Notes under the pieces: generated by a model | Databases searched by the model: none | Told to the model about the DNA's origin: nothing | What the model saw: only the letters and a program-made list of their open reading frames with translations | Assembly (NCBI GenBank): GCA_947085375.1 | Contig: CAMTWB010000007.1 | Span: 44,261 to 108,260 of the forward strand | Origin: an uncultured delta proteobacterium | GTDB taxonomy: Bacteria > Desulfobacterota > Syntrophia > Syntrophales > CAMTWB01 | Length of the DNA stretch: 64,000 nucleotides | Direction: 5' to 3' | In this document: piece after piece, positions 27,401 through 35,964 of the stretch | Numbering within the stretch: position 1 is the first letter of the stretch | Layout: each line of letters begins with the position of its first letter | Program-made: the position numbers and the translations under genes

Positions 27401-28150
27401 GTCGGCGACCAGGGGCTGTACGTAACCCCGGGCGGCATAGGGTCTGTTCCCGGGGCTACAACACCGCCCGGCCAGGCATTTTCCGGGGGGTATACGCCTA
27501 CCTCCGGGTCCCGGGGTATCAGCGGGCAGGGATTTGGCGTTAATTTCCCGGCCACAGCCATGACTGGAGCCGCTTCAGGGTCTTTGGGGGTCATGTTTGG
27601 CGCCATCGGGGGAAATATCCTGGAGGTACAATTGAATGCCTTGCAAAAGGATGGCAAGCTGAACATCCTTTCCAGCCCCCAGATTACCACCCTGGATAAT
27701 CAAATGGCATTCACTGAAAACGGTGAAAAGATACCCTATGTGTCTATCGATAAGGATGGCCGGCCGGAGGTGAAATTCCAGGACGCCGTCTTGAGGTTGG
27801 AAATTACTCCCAATACCATCGATGACAAGACGATGAAGATGAAAATAATAATCAAGAAGGATGAAGTTGATACCACTCGTAACGTGGCGGGCAATCCGTT
27901 TATAATAAAGAAGCATACCGAAACAAACCTGATCGTCCAGGATGGCGAAACAATTGTAATCTCCGGATTGACCAGACAAAAGAACATGGAAGGCACCAGC
28001 GGGATTCCCTGGCTGAAAGATATTCCCGTCCTGGGGTGGCTGTTTAAGGGGGAAGGAAAGAAGGAGTCAATGGAAGAGGTCTTAATCTTTATTACTCCCA
28101 ATATTCTCAAGGCCGGCGCTGTCGCCGGCATCCAGACGGGACAGCCGTAG
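24404..28150 (+). CDS. pilQ: Type IV pilus secretin PilQ, expanded form (AMIN, 4 N0/STN-like modules with E/R/K-rich helices, secretin core)
   Basis: The C-terminal secretin blocks are LNALQKDGKLNILSSPQITTLDNQ, ETIVISGL, GIPWLKDIPVLGWLFK and EVLIFITPNIL. The start ATG overlaps the pilP stop as ATGA. The effective start and signal peptide are unclear (see findings). Confidence 0.85.
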   Translation: MNIYLDDFVKSPDAALRCIHRHCGVRKVRLIPRDLRALPSSFLRSRPKCKAFATFYELVYLRLFVVFILTIFGIVNYPAYSHATAPSPAESAKATGFVQDVNVGYIESISFSRPPGRERVVIALSNRTLLSFPKLPLLAVEDRALSVLVKMEDMFVPEHLRRPQGENVPGNIVRVAPHQVSLDGKQFVHLVVDLKERVPYAVRREGGNIILDFNVVSLMDKEATTSARPAHVVQASQPAPPEAAKKPAPEASPAAAAAATTQPISLDFQEANIKSVLRLLAEMGGVNIVSGEDVKGAITVNLRNVSWEQALDVILDVSNLTRRETGNVITVMTVERMKKEEAERASLVEAQRRAEMDRAKAELEKDKERLVLEKERQRFLEEQERQKLALEKDRQRLLAEQEQRKLALEKERLELEARARAEKERPVAKPPVEPSTDAFVDTDIRRVFQLLAEESRKRGDVVSIVAGDDVKGTLTADFKEVPWEQKLDTVLEIKGLAKRRVGNVISVMTMDRMKKEEAERALLLESQRRAELERRKAELDKEKEQLALEKERQRFLEEQERQKLALEQERQRLLEEQERRRLALEKERLELEARVRAEQERPTVTPISKPAEPGTDVFVEMDIRRVFQLLAEESRRRGDVVSIVAGDDVKGTLTADFKDVPWEQKLDTVLEIKGLAKRRVGNVISVMTLDRMKKEEAERALLLESQRRAELERRKAELDKEKEQLALEKERQRLLEEQERRRLALEKERLELEARARAEKERPVVKPPEPGADVFVEMDIRRVFQLLAEESRRRGDLVSIVAGDDVKGTFTADFKDVPWEQKLDTVLEIKGLAKRRVGNVITVMTVERMKKEEAERAAADQVRRKLEQEHREREQKILAEQMKIDQAKRKDETSLARPPLLTRVVGVRYATPKSLQENLQELLLKDQREGIPPGSVRVDEHSNSLIIQATKEDMGRLIALIEKVDKVTPQISIKANIIETTKDTARDLGILWGGVWGQKVGDQGLYVTPGGIGSVPGATTPPGQAFSGGYTPTSGSRGISGQGFGVNFPATAMTGAASGSLGVMFGAIGGNILEVQLNALQKDGKLNILSSPQITTLDNQMAFTENGEKIPYVSIDKDGRPEVKFQDAVLRLEITPNTIDDKTMKMKIIIKKDEVDTTRNVAGNPFIIKKHTETNLIVQDGETIVISGLTRQKNMEGTSGIPWLKDIPVLGWLFKGEGKKESMEEVLIFITPNILKAGAVAGIQTGQP
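24422..24545. repeat. Repeat element with CTTCGTAAAAAGT / ACTTTTTACGAAG-type termini lying inside the 5' end of the pilQ ORF
   Basis: Termini GACTTCGTAAAAAGTCCGG ... CGTCCTTTTTACGAAGCCGTC. A related motif ACTTTTTACGAG occurs at 24573-24590 and 8306-8325. Confidence 0.6.
25195..26990 (+). repeat. Intragenic tandem duplication in pilQ (N0/STN-like module plus charged helix; nt periods 537 and 471 between the three youngest copies)
   Basis: Near-identical about 200-nt blocks start at 25730, 26267 and 26738. An older copy lies at about 25195. Confidence 0.9.
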
Positions 28151-28199
28151 GGGCGAATAATCATTCGCCCCTACGGCTGGATTCAAGGAGACAGGCGTC

Positions 28200-29165
28200 A
28201 TGAAACATTTGGCCAGATTGACATTCATAGCCTTTGTTGCCATCATGCTGGGGGTCGCAGCAGGCTGCGCCGGACCCAAGTATCAAAAGGGGATGAAAAA
28301 CTACAACCCGGATGATCCGGCGGCGGCGGTGCGGCAGTTGCAACCTCTGGCTCAAGGGGGCAATGCCGATGCTCAGTTCAATCTTGGGTCTCTTTACTAT
28401 CAGGGACGGGGGGTGCCGCAGGACTACCAGGAGGCAATCAAATGGTTTAGCAAGTCGGCCGATCAGGGGCATAGCGCCGCCCAGGTCAACTTAGGCGCCC
28501 TCTATGCCCAGGGCATTTCGGGCGTTATCGCTAAAGATTATCCGCAGGCGCTCAAGTGGCATATCCTGGCTGCAGCCCAGGGGGACGCAGAAGCCGTAAC
28601 GTTGCGGGACAACCTGGCAGTAAAGATGACACCGGCACAAATTGCCGAAGGACAGCGGCTCGCCCGGGAATTCAAACCGGAAGATATGCATACCCGGGCA
28701 CTCAAAGAGATGCTCAAGTCGGCGGAAAAAGGCGACCATCTGGCCCAGTTTAAGGTTGGCCTGATGTACTACTTTGGCCAGGGGACCGTTTTGAATTACC
28801 GCGAGGCAATCGGATGGTTTAAGAAGGCGGGCCTGCAGGGTAATCCTTTGGCCCAATCCAATGTCGGCTACATGTACGAAAAGGGTGAGGGAGTGCCACA
28901 GGATTTTGTGGAGGCGGCAAAATGGTATCGACTCGCCTCGCTCAGAGGAAACGCCCAGGCCCAGTTCTCGCTGGGCTCCATGTACGAGAAGGGCTACGGA
29001 GTTCAACTGGACGAAGTCCAGGCGCTCATGTGGTTCACCCTGGCGGCCGCGCAGGGCGGGACCCCAGCCAGAGCAGCCAGGGACCGGATAACCGCCTGGA
29101 TGACGCCGACCCAGATCGCAGAAGCCCAGCGCCTGGCCCGGGAATTCAAGGTGGTGGATAAATGA
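28200..29165 (+). CDS. Sel1-repeat (SLR/TPR-like) lipoprotein
   Basis: 321 aa with a lipobox (LGVAAGC). About 7 Sel1 units are present, such as AQFNLGSLYYQGRGVPQDYQEAIKWF. Two copies of MTPxQIAEGQRLAREFK occur. It lies directly after pilQ and could be a pilotin-type partner; that is inference. Confidence 0.8.
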   Translation: MKHLARLTFIAFVAIMLGVAAGCAGPKYQKGMKNYNPDDPAAAVRQLQPLAQGGNADAQFNLGSLYYQGRGVPQDYQEAIKWFSKSADQGHSAAQVNLGALYAQGISGVIAKDYPQALKWHILAAAQGDAEAVTLRDNLAVKMTPAQIAEGQRLAREFKPEDMHTRALKEMLKSAEKGDHLAQFKVGLMYYFGQGTVLNYREAIGWFKKAGLQGNPLAQSNVGYMYEKGEGVPQDFVEAAKWYRLASLRGNAQAQFSLGSMYEKGYGVQLDEVQALMWFTLAAAQGGTPARAARDRITAWMTPTQIAEAQRLAREFKVVDK

Positions 29166-29337
29166 GGCTGGCCCCAATACTGTCCGGTACGTAATTTGCG
29201 AAGTTCTATTTACGGCCATGACGGAGCATGGCCCTCCGAAAACCCGGTGGACGTGTTTTGGATAAACCTATGGGTATTGTTTTTCGGAGAGACGAATTCA
29301 AGTCTCGTCCGGATTATTGCGCAGATATTGCACTCCG

Positions 29338-29440
29338 CTGGTTCAATCTTGCAGATTGAACCACACTAGTAAAAATATTGACCAATGGCACTTGGCACTG
29401 CTATTTAATGCTGTGGTTCAATCTTGCAGATTGAACCAGC
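29338..29440. repeat. Two copies of the GGTTCAATCTTGCAGATTGAACC palindrome (29340-29362 and 29415-29437) with flanks of the long cassette repeat, arranged head to head
   Basis: Read directly. The flanks CCACACTAGTAAAAATATT and TTAATGCTGTGG match the reverse and forward arms of the repeats at 34991, 35560 and 36506. Confidence 0.9.
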
Positions 29441-29487
29441 GGGGGCAACTGGGTGGGACAGATAATAATCAGGGAGGAACAGTAATT

Positions 29488-29847
29488 GTGAAACGATCCA
29501 TAATATTATTAGTATTGCCTCTATTTGTGACGCTTGCAATATTCGGCTGCGGCAAGGAGAAAGGCAAGAGTGCCGACAAGGTTGCACCCACGGTGCCCAA
29601 TGGCATTGCAATTACGGCCGTATCTTCTTCCGAAATTAAAATATCCTGGAACCCGTCAGCCGATGATTCCGGGAGAATAAAAGGCTATAAGGCTTACAGA
29701 AATGGTAAATATCTTAAGACGGTAGAAACAACATCGGTATCAGACACGGGCCTGAGCCCCCAAGTTAAGGTCTGTTACCGAATTTCGGCCTTTGATGGAG
29801 CAGGAAACGAATCGGCCCAGAGTGCCGAGGTCTGTGCAATCCTTTAA
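29488..29847 (+). CDS. Small lipoprotein with one FN3-like domain
   Basis: GTG start behind AGGGAGGAA, and a lipobox (LAIFGC). The FN3 unit with the CY...C pattern is homologous to the units in the downstream giant protein. Confidence 0.6.
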   Translation: MKRSIILLVLPLFVTLAIFGCGKEKGKSADKVAPTVPNGIAITAVSSSEIKISWNPSADDSGRIKGYKAYRNGKYLKTVETTSVSDTGLSPQVKVCYRISAFDGAGNESAQSAEVCAIL

Positions 29848-29880
29848 TTACGGCATGACTTTGTTCACAAGGAGATCGCG

Positions 29881-32800
29881 ATGGGAAGGTTATTTTCCGC
29901 ACTGAAAAAAAACCTGTTTTTACTGCTGGTGTTATCTCTGCTTATAGGATGCGGCACAGGCGGCCTAGAAAATGCCCCCTCTCCCTCTCCATCGCCCTCC
30001 CCCACACCGCCTGCCGGAACGACAACAATTACCGGGTACGTCGTGGACGGCTTCATTGCGGGTGCATCAGTGCGGGCCTACCAGATCAATGCCAACGGGA
30101 CGCGGGGCGATGCCATCGGTGCGGCGACAACGACGGACGCAAACGGGCGCTATACCTTAAATCTGAACTATACGGGACCGATCCTTGTCGAAAGCACAGG
30201 AGGAACCCACAAAGATTGGGCCACGGGGGTAGAGAAGATAGCCGTCACGGATAAATTAAGCGCCCTCATGTCCAACGCAAAAGATGCGGTCACAATCAAC
30301 ATTACTCCGCTGACCCATATGGCTTCCCTCCGCGCCCTGCAGGATATGGCCGTCAACAAAACCGCAGTTGCCACGGCCATTGATGCGGCTAATACCAAGA
30401 TCGGCGAGTATTTCGGCGGCATAGACATCATTAAAGACACCCCCATAGATCCCACCGTCGCCAATTCCGCGAGCGGCATCTCGCAAAAAAGGATCGACTA
30501 TGCCCTGATCCTGGCCGGGATTTCTCAAAGCGCCCTTGTCAACGGTTTGAACCCCTTTTCTCTCGCCATCGCCTTGGCTAGGGATGCCGAGGACGGGCTT
30601 TTCGACGGCAAACAAGGAACAACACAACTGACGGTGGTAAATGCCAACGGTGGGGGTACGACCAACCTATCGGCCACCGCCGCCAAAGGCGACTTGGGCG
30701 CCAACATCAATACCTTTCAGAACTCGGCGACAAACAAATCCGGCGGCGCTATAACTACCCGGATCACGGCTGGCTTAAGCGATCCGGCAAACACCGGCGT
30801 CATTCGCGCCAGGCCGGATATCCCCTCAGGATTTTCCGTGACGGCCGTTTCTTCTACGCAGATCAACCTTTCCTGGTCTGCTCCTTCCGGGGCGACGGGG
30901 TATAATGTCTATAAGGGAGACGTCTATCTTAGGTCGGTAACCACGACAACGGCCTCCGATACAGGTTTAACGCCCAATACGCAGTACTGCTATGCAATCT
31001 CTGCCTACGATGTATCCGGGAACGAATCCTCACGGACAAGTAAGTTTTGCACTACGACGAATGTTGCTCCTCCTCCTGTTCCTACGGGCCTGACGGCAGC
31101 GGCGGCTTCAGCGAGCCAGGTTGGTCTCACCTGGACGGCATCAGCGGGCGCTTCGGGTTATAAGATATACCGGGGCGGGACGCTCTTGAAGTCGGTGACG
31201 CAGACTGCGGCGACGGATGCCGGCTTAGCGGCGAATACGCAGTATTGTTACACGGTTTCCGCCTACGATGCTTCCGGCAATGAGTCGATTCAGAGCAGTA
31301 CGGTCTGTGCGACGACGAATTTGCCTGGTCCTGCCTTGCCCACGGCTTTAACGGTTGTCGCCGCCTCATCGAGGCAGATTAATCTTTCCTGGACGGCTTC
31401 GGCGGGCTTACCGGCAGCGGTGGGATACAAGATATTCAAGAACGGCGCCCATCTTAAATCCGTACCCTCGACGGTAACAACGATTGTCGAGGCGGGATTA
31501 ACGGCAAGCACACAGTATTGTTATAACGTCAGCGCCTATGACATTTCCGGAAACGAATCTATCCTGACCAGCACCGTTTGTGCGACGACCTGGAATACGC
31601 CGCCGCCGATCCCTGCCGGTTTGACAGCAACCATTATCTCCACAACGCAAATCAATCTGTCCTGGTCAGCCTCCTTGGGCGCCGCCAATTACCGGATATA
31701 CCGGAATGGAGTGGTCCACACGGTTGCCGCCACGGCCTATGCCGATACAGGCCTTGCGGCCAACACTCGGTATTGTTATACGCTCACGGCCAGCGATTCA
31801 ACGGGCAGCGAATCGGACCAGAGCGGGCAAATTTGCGCAACGACCCCGGCGATTGCACCGCCGGCAGGATTTACGGCAGTTGCGGCATCATCATCGCAGA
31901 TCAATCTCTCCTGGACAGCAGCGGCGGGCGCTTGGGGTTATAAGATATACCGTGGCGGGACGCTGCTCAAGTCTGTTACGACGGTAACGGCGACAGATGC
32001 TGGTTTAGCGGCCAGCACGCAGTATTGTTACGCGATTTATGCCTATGACGGCAACGGCAACCAGTCCCTGTCTTCCAGCCAGGTGTGCGCCACTACCTAT
32101 AATCCGCCGTCAGCCTTCCCGGTCAGCTTGACGGCCAGAGCTATCTCTACCTCAAGCATATCCTTATTTTGGACGGCCTCTACCGGCGCGGCAAGTTATA
32201 AAATCTACCGCGAAGGATCGGCCCCACCGCCCCCAACATCATTATCGACGTCCTACGCCGATACGGGACTCAATGCAGCTACCACATATTGTTATACAGT
32301 TACGGCAGTTGACGGTACGGGCAGCGAATCCGCTCCCAGCAACCGGGCCTGCGCCAATACGGGTCTGCTTGTCCCCGCAGGATTGACGGCGGCCGCCAAA
32401 TCGGAATCCAGAATCGACCTCTCCTGGCTGGCAGCCACCGGGGCAACGCAGTACAGGTTGTATAAAAACGGGGCATCCTGGAGGGCCGTCTCTGCCTTAT
32501 TGACCTCGGACACGGGTCTTTTGGCCAACACCCAATACTGCTATAGCGTATCATCTTTAAATGATTCAGGAAATGAATCGGCCCAGAGCAGCCAGGTTTG
32601 TGTAACGACCAACAATACGCCGCCGGCTGTCCCCACAGGTCTGACGGCCGCGGCTGTAACCCCCGGCCCCGGCGGAGTGATCAATCTGACGTGGAATGCG
32701 TCGCCGGGCGCGACCATCTACAAGATTTATCGAGACGGTTCTTCTGCTGCTATGGCCTCGCAAACAATAACTTCTTATTCCGATACCGGATTGGCGGCCT

Positions 32801-34992
32801 CTACAAGATATTGTTATGCGGTGACTGCCTTGGATGCCACGGGCAGCGAATCGGCCGCTAGCGCCCTGGCCTGTGCCAATACGGGGTTGACGGTGCCGGC
32901 CGGCCTGACGGCGATGGCGGCCTCAGCGACGCAAATCAATGTATCATGGACGGCAGTGGCGGGGGCTTCCGGTTATAAGGTATATAAAAACAGGGAATTG
33001 CAAGGGTCGGTCGTCACACCCGCCATCGTGGACGCCGGTTTGACAGCGAATACCCAGTACTGCTATGCCATTTCTGCTTTCGATGCAGCGGGCAATGACT
33101 CCGCGCAGAGCAGCCAGCTCTGTGTAACGACCCCGTCGCTTCCTGCGCCAGCAAGTATTGACCTGCTGGTCAGCAATCCCCAGCTCAATTCCGGCGGTGA
33201 AACACCTGTAACGATAACCGCTCTGGTCAAAGACAGTGGCAACCGGGCCCTGGCCAATCAAACGGTAACATTCACGGCGGACTCCGGGCTGCTGGTTGTT
33301 GCCAATCCCTTGACCAATGCCAGCGGCCAGGCGACGGCGACGTTAAATACCGGCGGTAACCAGAAAAACCGGATGATCACGGTTACTGCCAGCACTGGTT
33401 CTTTATCAGTACCCAAGAAGATCGATGTGGTGGGAACGGTCGTCACGATCACGGGACAGACGAATGAGGTTCTATTAAACGGTACGACAATTTTGACCGT
33501 GCAGCTAAAAGATTCCGCGGGGCGAGGCATCCCCGATCAAATCCTTGACTTGTCCAGCACCCACGGCAACACCCTGAACCCCACGACGGTGACCACCAAT
33601 GCCAGCGGGCAGGGCACGACAGTCTTTACGGCACTGGATATTCTCGGAAGCACTGCCGTCATCACGGCTACGTCCACGGCCATGAATGCAACCGGCGCCT
33701 TTAATATTAAAGTGCTAAACGATCCAACGGCAAAAACCCTGACCTTCAGTACTCCGCCTGCCGGCAAGGAGATTGCGATAAATACCAATGAACCAGTGAC
33801 TGTTCGTTACACCGATATTTCAGGTCCTATCGTGGGCGCCCAGGTCGATTTTTCCTCCTCACGGGGAACATTAAGCGCCCCGTCGGCCCTGACCAATGGC
33901 AGCGGGGAGGCCAGCCTGACGATTACTTCCACGAACGTCGGACCGGCGGTGGTGACGGCGTCCGTCGACGGCGGGCCTGCTGCGACCTTAGCGGTTGAGT
34001 TCATTGCCCCGACAGCGGCCAGGATAGACGTCCAGGCTGACCCGGCCATTATCGGCGTCAATCTCGCGGGCTCGACGACGCAGAGAAGCAGCATCGTGGC
34101 CATAGTCAGGGATGCAGAAAATAATTTAGTCAAGAATAAAACCGTAAATTTCAACATTGCAACTGATCCGAGCGGCGGCTCTCTATTGCCGAGTTCCGGT
34201 ATCGTCGTCACGGATAGTTTCGGCTCGGCCGTTGTGCAATTTGTGGCCGGCTTGTCGCCCAGTGGTCAAAGCGAGGTCAGGATCAGCGCGACGGTGGCCG
34301 GAACGGCGATTACCGCCAGTACGACCTTGACGGTGGCGCAGAAATCATTGTTTATCACCGTGGGGACGGGAAATGTCGTCATAAAGGCCGACCCGAACTT
34401 GTATCAGGTGGACTTCGCGGCCCTGGTGACTGATGCGGCCGGCAATCCCATCAAGGACGCAAACATTGCCGCCAGCCTGATGCCGGTCGTGTATATGAAG
34501 GGCGAGCACACATGGGGAGGGGCGGTATGGGCGCCAGCATATACGTTGACGTCGTCAAATCATCCCAGCCCACCGCCGCCCAATACCCCTTATCCCTGGC
34601 CGGGGTCACCGCCAAATTCCTGCGCGAACGAGGATCTGACTTTCTACAATGATCCGGCGAGGAAAGCCTCCTTGCTGAACGGCATCCTTGACCCTGGAGA
34701 AGACAACAACGGCAACAACCGGCTGGATCCAGGGGGTATTGCCTCGGTCACCCGCACGGCAACTACGGACGCAAACGGAGTCGGCAGGCTGACCGTAACA
34801 TATGCACGGGAATTCGCCTACTGGGTAATCGTCCGCCTGGATGTCCACGTCGGTGTAGCGGGTACGGAGGGGTCGGCGTTCACAACACTGCTCCTGCCCG
34901 GTGCAGGAGACGATTACAACGACCAATCGATCCGTCCGCCCGGGCGCGTGAGTCCCTTTGGTCAATCGGTTACATGCGCCGACAGCCAGTAG
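29881..34992 (+). CDS. Giant surface lipoprotein: N-terminal CarboxypepD_reg-like region, 9 FN3-like repeats, multiple Big (invasin/intimin-type Ig-like) domains
   Basis: 1703 aa with a lipobox (LLIGC). Nine units end in Y-C-Y...GNES...C. Big-type units follow, such as TVTFTADSGLL...TNASGQATATL. Confidence 0.8.
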   Translation: MGRLFSALKKNLFLLLVLSLLIGCGTGGLENAPSPSPSPSPTPPAGTTTITGYVVDGFIAGASVRAYQINANGTRGDAIGAATTTDANGRYTLNLNYTGPILVESTGGTHKDWATGVEKIAVTDKLSALMSNAKDAVTINITPLTHMASLRALQDMAVNKTAVATAIDAANTKIGEYFGGIDIIKDTPIDPTVANSASGISQKRIDYALILAGISQSALVNGLNPFSLAIALARDAEDGLFDGKQGTTQLTVVNANGGGTTNLSATAAKGDLGANINTFQNSATNKSGGAITTRITAGLSDPANTGVIRARPDIPSGFSVTAVSSTQINLSWSAPSGATGYNVYKGDVYLRSVTTTTASDTGLTPNTQYCYAISAYDVSGNESSRTSKFCTTTNVAPPPVPTGLTAAAASASQVGLTWTASAGASGYKIYRGGTLLKSVTQTAATDAGLAANTQYCYTVSAYDASGNESIQSSTVCATTNLPGPALPTALTVVAASSRQINLSWTASAGLPAAVGYKIFKNGAHLKSVPSTVTTIVEAGLTASTQYCYNVSAYDISGNESILTSTVCATTWNTPPPIPAGLTATIISTTQINLSWSASLGAANYRIYRNGVVHTVAATAYADTGLAANTRYCYTLTASDSTGSESDQSGQICATTPAIAPPAGFTAVAASSSQINLSWTAAAGAWGYKIYRGGTLLKSVTTVTATDAGLAASTQYCYAIYAYDGNGNQSLSSSQVCATTYNPPSAFPVSLTARAISTSSISLFWTASTGAASYKIYREGSAPPPPTSLSTSYADTGLNAATTYCYTVTAVDGTGSESAPSNRACANTGLLVPAGLTAAAKSESRIDLSWLAATGATQYRLYKNGASWRAVSALLTSDTGLLANTQYCYSVSSLNDSGNESAQSSQVCVTTNNTPPAVPTGLTAAAVTPGPGGVINLTWNASPGATIYKIYRDGSSAAMASQTITSYSDTGLAASTRYCYAVTALDATGSESAASALACANTGLTVPAGLTAMAASATQINVSWTAVAGASGYKVYKNRELQGSVVTPAIVDAGLTANTQYCYAISAFDAAGNDSAQSSQLCVTTPSLPAPASIDLLVSNPQLNSGGETPVTITALVKDSGNRALANQTVTFTADSGLLVVANPLTNASGQATATLNTGGNQKNRMITVTASTGSLSVPKKIDVVGTVVTITGQTNEVLLNGTTILTVQLKDSAGRGIPDQILDLSSTHGNTLNPTTVTTNASGQGTTVFTALDILGSTAVITATSTAMNATGAFNIKVLNDPTAKTLTFSTPPAGKEIAINTNEPVTVRYTDISGPIVGAQVDFSSSRGTLSAPSALTNGSGEASLTITSTNVGPAVVTASVDGGPAATLAVEFIAPTAARIDVQADPAIIGVNLAGSTTQRSSIVAIVRDAENNLVKNKTVNFNIATDPSGGSLLPSSGIVVTDSFGSAVVQFVAGLSPSGQSEVRISATVAGTAITASTTLTVAQKSLFITVGTGNVVIKADPNLYQVDFAALVTDAAGNPIKDANIAASLMPVVYMKGEHTWGGAVWAPAYTLTSSNHPSPPPPNTPYPWPGSPPNSCANEDLTFYNDPARKASLLNGILDPGEDNNGNNRLDPGGIASVTRTATTDANGVGRLTVTYAREFAYWVIVRLDVHVGVAGTEGSAFTTLLLPGAGDDYNDQSIRPPGRVSPFGQSVTCADSQ

Positions 34993-35115
34993 TCGAAGGT
35001 GCGTTAGCAAAGCGTAACGCACCTAAAACAAATGGTGCGTCCAGACGCACCCTGCATGCTGATGAAAAAATATTCTTAATGTTGTGGTTCAATCTGCAAG
35101 ATTGAACCAGCGGGG
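34991..35115 (+). repeat. Long cassette repeat, copy A (about 125 nt, three palindromes)
   Basis: AGTCG.AGGTGCGTTAGCAAAGCGTAACGCACC...GGTGCGTCCAGACGCACC...AATATTCTTAATGTTGTGGTTCAATCTGCAAGATTGAACCAGCGGGGG. It starts 2 nt inside the stop codon of the giant gene. Confidence 0.9.
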
Positions 35116-35135
35116 GAGGAGAATAAAAATACGTT

Positions 35136-35420
35136 ATGTTAGATACATATAAAGCCAGATTAAAGGGAAGCCGAGTAAAATGGACGGATGACCGTCCTAT
35201 CGCAGTATCTCAGGATCAGGAGATTGAAGTCTTGGTAACATTTCTGTATGAAATGAAGACCCCACCGGATATGCAAGCCCAACAAGGAGAACGTATGGCG
35301 CAATGTTTAGAGAAGATTGCGAGGACAGGAGGCATTCAGGGGATCACGGATCCTGTCGCGTGGCAACGGGAAATCCGAAAAGATCGTCTGGTCTATCCTG
35401 AAAACCACCATGATTCTTGA
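35136..35420 (+). CDS. Orphan antitoxin-like protein (VapB-type context)
   Basis: 94-aa ORF. The C-terminal DPVAWQREIRKDR-type tail resembles antitoxins paired with PIN toxins; this is from memory, not a search. Its stop overlaps a truncated MILD... toxin start. Confidence 0.45.
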   Translation: MLDTYKARLKGSRVKWTDDRPIAVSQDQEIEVLVTFLYEMKTPPDMQAQQGERMAQCLEKIARTGGIQGITDPVAWQREIRKDRLVYPENHHDS

Positions 35421-35441
35421 CAGTCGTAGGGTGGGGAATTA
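35409..35441 (+). pseudogene. Remnant of a PIN (VapC-like) toxin gene, cut after 4 codons at a repeat border
   Basis: ATGATTCTTGAC (MILD, a typical VapC start that overlaps the antitoxin stop) is followed immediately by AGTCGTAGGGTG. That sequence is the left end of the long repeat, and a stop follows. Confidence 0.4.
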
Positions 35442-35559
35442 GGGACACATCACTTATATCCATATTATCTTCCGGTTAGAACCGGGGATATGTCCCCGGT
35501 CTAATGCCTTGTATGAGCAGTATGGAGGTAAAGTTTATGGAAACAACCGGATTGACATT

Positions 35560-35682
35560 AGTCGTAGGGGGCGTTAGCAAAGCATAACGCACCTAAAACA
35601 AATGGTGCGTCCAGACGGCACCCTACATGCTGACGAGAAAATATTCTTAATAGTGTGGTTCAATCTGCAAGATTGAACCAGC
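35560..35682 (+). repeat. Long cassette repeat, copy B
   Basis: Same three-palindrome architecture. It is flanked on both sides by a 38-nt duplication (35524-35561 and 35685-35722) of the RBS and first codons of the downstream gene. Confidence 0.9.
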
Positions 35683-35697
35683 AAGGAGGTAAAGTTT

Positions 35698-35964
35698 ATG
35701 GAAACAACCGGGTTGACATTAGAGATACCGGGGGAGATTTTGGCTGCTGTCAAATTGCCGCCCCGAGAGATTGAACGGGAGTTTCGAAAGGAGCTTGCAT
35801 TGGCTTTGTACCAACGTGGAACCCTTTCGTTTGGCAAGGCGCGAACTCTGGCGCAGTTGACCTATTGGGAATTTGACGACTTGCTTGGGCAGCGTGAGAT
35901 CGTGCGCCATTATACGGATGATGATCTCCAAGAGGATATTCAATATGCCCACGGTGATAAGTGA
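35698..35964 (+). CDS. UPF0175-family antitoxin-like protein
   Basis: 88 aa. LALALYQRGTLSFGKARTLAQLTYWEFDDLL is a typical UPF0175 pattern. It overlaps the downstream PIN-like gene. Confidence 0.7.
   Translation: METTGLTLEIPGEILAAVKLPPREIEREFRKELALALYQRGTLSFGKARTLAQLTYWEFDDLLGQREIVRHYTDDDLQEDIQYAHGDK

Noticed and set aside
28149-28172. The hairpin GGGGCGAAT-N4-ATTCGCCCC after pilQ could be an intrinsic terminator.
   Set aside because: No T-run follows, and the Sel1 gene starts 28 nt later with its own RBS. It is more likely a stabilising stem or is insignificant.
29317-29487. ORF-track N-terminal extensions that read through repeats. The same issue applies to 21021-21260, 41393-41440, 36600-36638 and 55484-55576.
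   Set aside because: The extra residues are translations of palindromic or MITE repeats (for example VVQSCRLNQ), or they lack an RBS. Downstream starts give proper signal peptides, lipoboxes or RBS spacing.
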